A DNA stretch of 64,000 nucleotides from Nanobdellota archaeon (GTDB taxonomy: Archaea > Aenigmatarchaeota > Aenigmatarchaeia > QMZP01). Under the pieces are notes generated by a model that made no database searches, was not told the DNA's origin, and saw nothing but the letters and a program-made list of their open reading frames with translations. This document shows, piece after piece, positions 54,525 to 61,227 of this stretch. The translations under genes and the position numbers were made by a program. The stretch spans positions 18,314 through 82,313 of the forward strand of contig JAHIVW010000002.1 in NCBI GenBank assembly GCA_018816245.1, written 5' to 3'. Within the stretch, counting starts at the first letter, position 1. Every line of letters begins with the position of its first letter.

Positions 54525-55139
54525 TTAAATGAGTGATTCACTCTGTGCTATGCTTCCAGTTCCCTGGTTGCTCGTTGTTGGACCAGACGTTACTGGTGTT
54601 GACCCTGTCCTTTGACAGATTTCCCATGCCTGTCCAGCACATGAAACTTCACATTGGTAGCACTCCACTTCTGACGGAAGAGGGAAAAAGATGGTCCATG
54701 GAAAATGCTCTCCCCAGTATTGCCGACGTTGCGCATCTGTCCGGTGTTCCTTCCATTGCCGGCATCGTGCATCTGAAAATGCACCCGCACCCGCACCATA
54801 ATCCGCAGTCATGCAATTTGGGTCATCCCAACATCGGTTGGGAGGAGGTGCCATGCTAATCAATGCATCGGCGCATGTTGCTTCTGCATCTGCAACAGCA
54901 ATTCGTCTCGCGTCGCTTGCGGTTCGAGCACAAACCGAATCACCATGACCGTCAGCAGGGCCCAATTGCGTGATATACCACGTGCACTCGCCACCGGTAC
55001 TCCCGCCCGCCTGCTGCCCGCTCGGTGCCAATAACATCGGCAGTCTCGGGTCAAGCGCAACCGAACCAACCATGAGCGCAAGAAAAACAACAAGAACAAA
55101 ATACGCCAGATATTTTTGTTGCACGATCTTCACCTTCAT
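54525..55139 (-). CDS. membrane-anchored Cys-rich protein, unknown function
   Basis: 204 aa. N-terminal anchor YLAYFVLVVFLALMVGSVAL and 12 Cys in the ectodomain. Confidence 0.55.
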   Translation of the reverse strand: MKVKIVQQKYLAYFVLVVFLALMVGSVALDPRLPMLLAPSGQQAGGSTGGECTWYITQLGPADGHGDSVCARTASDARRIAVADAEATCADALISMAPPPNRCWDDPNCMTADYGAGAGAFSDARCRQWKEHRTDAQRRQYWGEHFPWTIFFPLPSEVECYQCEVSCAGQAWEICQRTGSTPVTSGPTTSNQGTGSIAQSESLI

Positions 55140-55194
55140 GGGTTCCCTGCCGTTTGGAATCGAGATGCCCTACCTCTCTTTTTTCTTTCCTTTC

Positions 55195-55527
55195 TTATAT
55201 AGGCCAAGTTGCCGGAATCTTACTCGCGAGTCCAGGTTCTGCAAGGATATCATACCCGATGCCCACACTCTTTCCCTTCTTGCTTACATTATAATATTTT
55301 CCGAAACCAAGAAGCAGCCCCCCTTGCGTTCCGTAGCCTTCGATTGGGCTGTTTTCCAGCAGCCCGATGGCATTGGACGCATCCTGATAGGCCTTGTTGA
55401 TTGCCTTGATTGTTTCAATGAACGGATGTGTCCCAGCGGCACGTGCCCCGGAAATTCCTGCCACAAGAAGAAGCAACACAATAACTATCATGACCCCGTA
55501 CACCGTTCCATAGTTCTTCATGCTCAT
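55195..55527 (-). CDS. small pilin-sized exported protein
   Basis: 110 aa. MSMKNYG|TVYGVMIVIVLLLLVAGI N-terminus. The start overlaps the B1 stop (ATGA, 55524-55527). Confidence 0.55.
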   Translation of the reverse strand: MSMKNYGTVYGVMIVIVLLLLVAGISGARAAGTHPFIETIKAINKAYQDASNAIGLLENSPIEGYGTQGGLLLGFGKYYNVSKKGKSVGIGYDILAEPGLASKIPATWPI

Positions 55528-58500
55528 AACGCCAGACTCCCGACATTGAGGACAAGCCCAACAACTGGGTTAAAGTATCCTACAATCGCACCAATGAATG
55601 CAAGGACATTCCCTTGCATCGCTGCTGAGGCTAATCCTCCAATTAATGCAAGAACGCAGCAAGGAGTACAAAACCAGTAACAGAGGATAGACATGATTGC
55701 TGTAATGATTTGGAAAACCATGTTTGTTGCTCCCCCTTCCTCCCCCTGATCCTCGGTATCACCAGTTTCCTCCAACAAGTCGTTTGCCAACTCGTCCCCT
55801 GACTTGATATCGTCCTCAATCCCCTTGATCTGCAGTGCGTGAGTAGCCTCCATGGTGACGAGCGCCGCGCCAGTAACAATCTCATCACTCGTCGGGATGA
55901 GCGCAGTCACAGCAAACCGGAGCGGTTCCGTCTGGCCCCCGAGCTTTGCCTTCTCAAGCGGTGGCAACCCGAGAATACAACTCAACGAATTCGAGCTGTC
56001 ACCGGCAGCACAATTCGCTTTGTGCTCATTCCCCTGGAACGTATAGGAAACATCCTGAACCTGGAGCGCTGTTGCCAAGCCGACAATTTTCAAATCAACT
56101 TTGATGCTCTTGAGGAAGTGGCACGTCTTGTCAGACATGCTCAAGGTGCATTTCACGGGTTCCGGCGTCACATGATAGACAATGAGTCCGATCAACCCTT
56201 CCTTGACGCAGAGACTCTGCGGATCGCTGCCGCCCGGCACACAAAGGAAGCCTTCTCCAAAGGCAGCGTCCTCAATACAGGAACAATCAAGGCAACAGGT
56301 GGCGGCACTCTCCCCGGTCCCGCACACCCCGTCACCACAAACGGGAACAGCGCCAACGAGCAGTTCCGGTGTTGCTGTTGAGAGGGTCACGGCAACATTC
56401 TGCGGTCCGTCATGATAGGTCGCGTGAACATCAAGATCAGCAAAGACACGATATGCTTCTTGGTCACGATCGAAAATGGGACTTGTTGGATCATCAGGAA
56501 ACACCGGCAGCGTCAAGGTGCAGGAAAGAATGTTTCCCTGCAGGAAGCAATCATCCAGCGAACAGACAAGCTCAGTATCCTGGATTCCGCAGTCTGTACG
56601 CTCAATGGTGAGACTCGTCGGGGCTTCCTTAATTTTTCCAATTATCGTCGCCTTATTCTGGATCGAACTGTCTTCAAACATCCCGGGAGAAACACTGAGC
56701 AGATACAACGAAAGCTCTGGATCTGGCTGGCAGGTATCTGCAAGTGTTGCATACTCGTTCACCGCTTCGCAGTATTCTCCTGTTCCGCAAGGGCAGTCAT
56801 AGCAGCAGCTCCCCCTTGACTCCGTCGGATCGCAGAGACCATTGCCGCAGGTCACCTGTCCAAAACCGACAGGGGGCACGGCGAGGCTGATGAGCTTGTT
56901 CGTTGTTCCGGTTGCCGTTGTGTAGGAAAATGGAAGCGCAAGCGTTTGGCTCACAGTGTAGCCGTTCCCGGATTGGTAATTCAGAATCTTGAGATTCAAT
57001 GCACACGTTAACGACGTGGCGTTCGCGCCGAGCGAACAGGTTCCGGTGCAGCTTGCCGTGCAACTCCCGTCTGTTGTCTGGCACGCTGCAGCACAACCTG
57101 CAACGCCGAGCGTCAAGGCCTCGGGCGGATTGAGGACACTTGCCGAGACCGTTAACCCTGTCCCGGCCACAGGATCGTGAGTCAGTAATGATTGTGGTGT
57201 CACGGTGACTGCAACAAGGTTCGATGTCCCAAACGGCTGGACACACTGCCCGTTGGTTGTTCCCTGTAATTGGCATTCGAACCCGCCCGTGCAACCGCAA
57301 TCAAGGCAGCAGGTTGCATCCTCACCAGTGTCACAGATTCCATTTCCACACACCCCGGTTTGGATTGTTGGGATCGCGGTCAGCAAGGAGGTTGTGTATT
57401 GTTTTCCGGATCCTGTCTGATGGGTAAAGGTCGCGGTGAGGGTGTTCCCGGAAATAACTGTTCCTGACCCGCATGATGCAGGCGGCGTCACAACCAACGT
57501 GCATCGGTACAACTCATTCCCTTGAAACACGCAGACAGGTTGTTGTGGTATCCCACCAAGCACCGCGGAAAACGAGGGCGTGCTCGCTCCGACAGGAAGA
57601 TTCTTCAGTCGAACAGTAATGGGCAGCGAGGAAGTGCTGTCACAGGTGGGGAGAACAAGCGTTGTAGGAGAAACATACTCCAGTTCATAGTCAATAAGCG
57701 AACAGGTTTCTGCATACGTGCAATAGGAACCAGAATCACAGGGACAGTCACTGCAACAATTCCCTTTCTCACCGTTTCCACACTGATTGTCGCCGCACAC
57801 TTCTCCTGAACTGCTTTGCACAACAGCAACCGGTGCATTCCGGAATCCGCTGACAAACGGAAACAAGAGAACATAATTCGATCCTGTGCTCACAATCTCA
57901 TTCCCCACAACCTGCGACACAAGGTTGTACGGCGGTGTATTCGAGAGCAGGGTCGTGATCGAGGAAGCGCTCTGAATGACGATCTTGCTGACACGCGCAG
58001 GATCCAAGGGAAGCTGCCGATAGGAGGTAATGTAGGAAGAGAGCTGCGTTGCCGCGTCCACAGACGCGGCATGGACAGCAACGGCATCGACATCAAGAAG
58101 AGTTTGATGGGTAAACTGGACAGACGCGCTTGTTCGGACAACCTTATGGATCTTCGTTGCCCACATTGTTGTTCCGTCGGGATGTTGGAGCCGCGCTCCC
58201 ACAAGGATGTACGCTGTCTGTGGGTAACTGCCTGTTGTATCGGCAACCAGGCTCCACGACTTGGTTACGGTAGCAATCCCGTCAATCAGCGGCATTGGTT
58301 CGAATGATTGGAGGGTACAGGTTGCTGGATCAGGATCCCCCTTGCACCACCAGACATAGGCAGCAATGAGCGGGTACGCTGGGGTTCCTGCTGCAGTTAC
58401 ATTGACACGAAGATCATAACTGAATGCAGTAACCTTTGTTTCTTTCGATGTCACAGAAACCAGCGGCTGGTATGTTGGTGTGAGATCAGGGCCAGAGCTG

Positions 58501-58607
58501 ACAATCCTGATTTGCATGGCGCTTGCAACCGGCATCAGCAGCACAAGACAGATGCTAATCATCGTTGCGCTGAGGAGGACCGATTTCATCATGAGCTCAC
58601 CCCACAC
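55524..58607 (-). CDS. giant Cys-rich membrane-anchored surface protein, type B (B1)
   Basis: 1027 aa. Signal peptide MMKSVLLSATMISICLVLLMPVASA. Four modules (VCGDNQCGNGEKGNCCSDCPC, VCGNGICDTGEDATCCLDCGC, TCGNGLCDPTESRGSCCYDCPC, VCGDGVCGTGESAATCCLDCSC). An acidic linker, then C-terminal TM helices. The likely true start is ATG 58592, which overlaps the A1 TGA. Confidence 0.8.
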   Translation of the reverse strand: MWGELMMKSVLLSATMISICLVLLMPVASAMQIRIVSSGPDLTPTYQPLVSVTSKETKVTAFSYDLRVNVTAAGTPAYPLIAAYVWWCKGDPDPATCTLQSFEPMPLIDGIATVTKSWSLVADTTGSYPQTAYILVGARLQHPDGTTMWATKIHKVVRTSASVQFTHQTLLDVDAVAVHAASVDAATQLSSYITSYRQLPLDPARVSKIVIQSASSITTLLSNTPPYNLVSQVVGNEIVSTGSNYVLLFPFVSGFRNAPVAVVQSSSGEVCGDNQCGNGEKGNCCSDCPCDSGSYCTYAETCSLIDYELEYVSPTTLVLPTCDSTSSLPITVRLKNLPVGASTPSFSAVLGGIPQQPVCVFQGNELYRCTLVVTPPASCGSGTVISGNTLTATFTHQTGSGKQYTTSLLTAIPTIQTGVCGNGICDTGEDATCCLDCGCTGGFECQLQGTTNGQCVQPFGTSNLVAVTVTPQSLLTHDPVAGTGLTVSASVLNPPEALTLGVAGCAAACQTTDGSCTASCTGTCSLGANATSLTCALNLKILNYQSGNGYTVSQTLALPFSYTTATGTTNKLISLAVPPVGFGQVTCGNGLCDPTESRGSCCYDCPCGTGEYCEAVNEYATLADTCQPDPELSLYLLSVSPGMFEDSSIQNKATIIGKIKEAPTSLTIERTDCGIQDTELVCSLDDCFLQGNILSCTLTLPVFPDDPTSPIFDRDQEAYRVFADLDVHATYHDGPQNVAVTLSTATPELLVGAVPVCGDGVCGTGESAATCCLDCSCIEDAAFGEGFLCVPGGSDPQSLCVKEGLIGLIVYHVTPEPVKCTLSMSDKTCHFLKSIKVDLKIVGLATALQVQDVSYTFQGNEHKANCAAGDSSNSLSCILGLPPLEKAKLGGQTEPLRFAVTALIPTSDEIVTGAALVTMEATHALQIKGIEDDIKSGDELANDLLEETGDTEDQGEEGGATNMVFQIITAIMSILCYWFCTPCCVLALIGGLASAAMQGNVLAFIGAIVGYFNPVVGLVLNVGSLAL

Positions 58608-60703
58608 GACCCTACGAACTGGGCGTCACATAATGTAATAATCGTGTTGATACCATCATTTAGTGTACAGCCACTCTCCGGGATGGAGGCCGCCTGGCTC
58701 GCGGTCAGACACCCTGTTGTTGCGAGCTCTGTTGCAATGGCATGCAGGTCGCTGCAGGTGCATGCCTGGCCGAACGAGAATGTCCAGGTTGGATAAGGAA
58801 CGCCGATCTTGAACGGCTTGATTGCACACACGTTTGTTGCCTTGACTGCAAGATCGTGCAGTTCCTGTTCTGTCAACTGCGGTACTGCAGTCGCAGCAAG
58901 CGGCACCGTGACCGTCAAGGCATCAGGTGTCGCGGGAATCGTCCCTTCGGTGATGAAGCCACCAAGGACAGAGGTTGCATACTTGATCGCCGTTGCTTCA
59001 ACAGGGAACGTCCCGGTCGGGAGATTGAAATTGAACTTCCCCGAAGGATACGTGACGCTCGGCAGTGCTGTAATGCACGCATCGATGCACGCATCGCATG
59101 CAGCCTTGATCTGTTCTATGGCACTCCCCAATACATCTGCATTGGCACAGGTGACACACGCCGGGTTTTCAGTGTAACAATCAGTTTCTGTTTCCAAGTT
59201 AAAGATAGTCATTGCTGAACTCCCCTCCCCACCGATGCGCACGATCACTGGATCGTCTCCTGTATTGACATGGCAGGTGGTGTAGCTTCCTTTCGGTTCA
59301 ATTGCAACGGTCCGGAAATGAACGGTATGCGGAACCGGCGACTGAAGGGTAACGAGAATTGGTTGCGCAGGATCCGCGTAGGAAATGTACGGCAAGTACG
59401 CATCTGCGAAGACGTCGATTTGTTGCGTGCCGCATGATGCTGTTCCTGTTGCTGTTCCGTGAACATTCGTGGTTGCGGTGAAACATTCGCCGAGGGTCAC
59501 CAGCGCGCCGATCACCGGATTCCCGAGATGATCAGTGACAGACACATTCACCGGGCACACCGGTTCGCCGCATGCTGTTGACACGACCAAGGAGACCGGC
59601 TCGGAACACGGCGCTGTTTCCATGTCCTTCACGTTCACGAATCCTGCAATGTGGTAGGGATAGTTTGAGAGTTTGTCAAAGATGCGCACAACGAAGGGGT
59701 AGGTAACAGCATAGCGGATGTTATATACTCCTGTACATCGGGCAAACACGTAGATATCAGCATCCATGAGAATCTGGCTGTTGGAGCCCGAGAAGCCCTG
59801 CGTTGTCTTGAAAGAGAAATCATCAGAATAGAACAGCTGCGGCTCCAGCTCAGAGAACGTTTTCCCGAGCACTGTCGGAATCGCGAAGCTCCGCGCTTCC
59901 GAGGAATCAGGTGTAGAAGAACCCCACCACACAAGATGGGATAAGACGTAGTTCGCTGCAAGCGTCAGGCCTGCGGAAACCTGTTTCGGTGTTCGCGTAA
60001 AGCCGTCGCCACAATCATTCATGACACCGCCCGTTGGCAGCATCGGGTGGCCATCATCCATGTCCGGGGAAAAGAGGATCGCGTACACCGTGAACCAGTC
60101 AAGCCAGCGCATTGTCGAGAACTCACCGGCAAGCGCCTGAGAAAATTGAACCAACCGGCCGAATTCCGTTGGGACGCTCAGCGAATAGCGCTCTGCTGCC
60201 TCGTACTCTTGGAGACTGATCGGCACGATGATCTCAAGATCGATCTTGTTGTCGAGAATGTTCGCATCCACCATAATCTTTGTTGTATCGACAACGACCG
60301 TTTTTCCCGGAACCGTGATTTCACTGCTGTGCTCGATTAGATAGTTTTGGATACCACGTTCATAGTCCCTTGTGATATCAGCGAGAGAACGGCTCAGGTC
60401 GTTTTGGCACACCTGCCAGTAAGGGACACCCTCTCCCTCGAAAATGGTGTGGGTTGGAACAATTGCCCCTGGTCCGATCTTGTCAAGTGTCAGGTAGCCG
60501 CCATGGAGCTCCATGAGCTGGAGCGTCTCGTCTGCGCCGTTCCGGATGAGCTGCTCGGTCACATCACGCAGCAGGCTTTCTTCAGTCCCAAGAACCGACG
60601 GCAGACTATCCGGGGTCGTCGGCTGCCGGACCATGATCGCGACGATGACTACCACAAGGAAAATCAACCCGAAAATGACAATGAATTCCAGTTGCCCCCG
60701 CAT
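58589..60703 (-). CDS. large exported protein with a class III (type IV pilin-like) signal, type A (A1)
   Basis: 704 aa. MRG|QLEFIVIFGLIFLVVVIVAIMV. HGGYLTL, GEGVPYWQVC, GFTRTP, a CarboxypepD_reg-like VCPVNVSVTDHLGNPVIGALVTLG, VPHTVHFRTV and C-terminal CTCSDLHAIATEL..TGCLTASQ. Confidence 0.8.
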   Translation of the reverse strand: MRGQLEFIVIFGLIFLVVVIVAIMVRQPTTPDSLPSVLGTEESLLRDVTEQLIRNGADETLQLMELHGGYLTLDKIGPGAIVPTHTIFEGEGVPYWQVCQNDLSRSLADITRDYERGIQNYLIEHSSEITVPGKTVVVDTTKIMVDANILDNKIDLEIIVPISLQEYEAAERYSLSVPTEFGRLVQFSQALAGEFSTMRWLDWFTVYAILFSPDMDDGHPMLPTGGVMNDCGDGFTRTPKQVSAGLTLAANYVLSHLVWWGSSTPDSSEARSFAIPTVLGKTFSELEPQLFYSDDFSFKTTQGFSGSNSQILMDADIYVFARCTGVYNIRYAVTYPFVVRIFDKLSNYPYHIAGFVNVKDMETAPCSEPVSLVVSTACGEPVCPVNVSVTDHLGNPVIGALVTLGECFTATTNVHGTATGTASCGTQQIDVFADAYLPYISYADPAQPILVTLQSPVPHTVHFRTVAIEPKGSYTTCHVNTGDDPVIVRIGGEGSSAMTIFNLETETDCYTENPACVTCANADVLGSAIEQIKAACDACIDACITALPSVTYPSGKFNFNLPTGTFPVEATAIKYATSVLGGFITEGTIPATPDALTVTVPLAATAVPQLTEQELHDLAVKATNVCAIKPFKIGVPYPTWTFSFGQACTCSDLHAIATELATTGCLTASQAASIPESGCTLNDGINTIITLCDAQFVGSCGVSS

Positions 60704-60726
60704 GTCCCTTACTCATTGTTCCTGTG

Positions 60727-60735
60727 TATTATAAG
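60727..60735 (-). promoter_or_regulatory. TATA-like box for the A1-B1 operon
   Basis: Minus strand cttataata, centred ~28 nt upstream of ATG 60703. Confidence 0.5.
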
Positions 60736-60750
60736 CACGGAGAGCAGCAC

Positions 60751-60761
60751 GTTTTTAAATC
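60751..60761 (+). promoter_or_regulatory. TATA-like box for the divergent CxxC gene
   Basis: gtttttaaatc, centred ~25 nt upstream of ATG 60781. Confidence 0.5.
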
Positions 60762-60780
60762 TCCCCAAGTATGGTCTCCT

Positions 60781-61227
60781 ATGCGAAAAGAGCGGAGCTT
60801 TGCCCTGTTCCTGGTTGCTTTGATGCTGCTCTCAGCAGCAGGATTTGCCGTGAGTTTTACTCCAGTAACACAATCTTCCAGCGAAGAGCCGGAGATTATC
60901 TTACCACCGCCGATTGTTGAACGGGCACTGACAACCGAAGAAGTGCTCTCAGCGCTTCGCACCGGCCGGCTTATCTATACCTATACCACACCAGAAGCCT
61001 GCGAATCCTGTGAGGCGATGAAGACAACCTTATCCGACTTTGTCACCACCTACCCCGCTTTCGCAATCATCGTTTTTCTGGAAGGAGAGCAGGAAGAATT
61101 GACTGTGCTCCTCCCTTCAGGCGAGTTCGTGCCAATCGAGACACCAATTGATGTGGACGAATTACTGGAAACCTATTGCGAAAACAGTTATATCAAACCA
61201 AAGGAATGTCTCTTGCTGCAGATCTAA
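60781..61227 (+). CDS. membrane-anchored thioredoxin-fold-like protein with a CxxC motif (tentative)
   Basis: Start at ATG 60781 (MRKERSFALFLVALMLLSAAGFAV anchor). LIYTYTTPEACESCEAMKTTLSDFV fits a beta-strand, CxxC, helix layout. The fold is assigned by eye only. Confidence 0.4.
   Translation: MRKERSFALFLVALMLLSAAGFAVSFTPVTQSSSEEPEIILPPPIVERALTTEEVLSALRTGRLIYTYTTPEACESCEAMKTTLSDFVTTYPAFAIIVFLEGEQEELTVLLPSGEFVPIETPIDVDELLETYCENSYIKPKECLLLQI

Noticed and set aside
48555-60703. Diversity-generating retroelement targeting the giant surface genes
   Set aside because: There is no reverse transcriptase in the window. I found no near-identical template/variable repeat pair; A1/A2 and B1/B2 similarity is at diverged-paralog level only.
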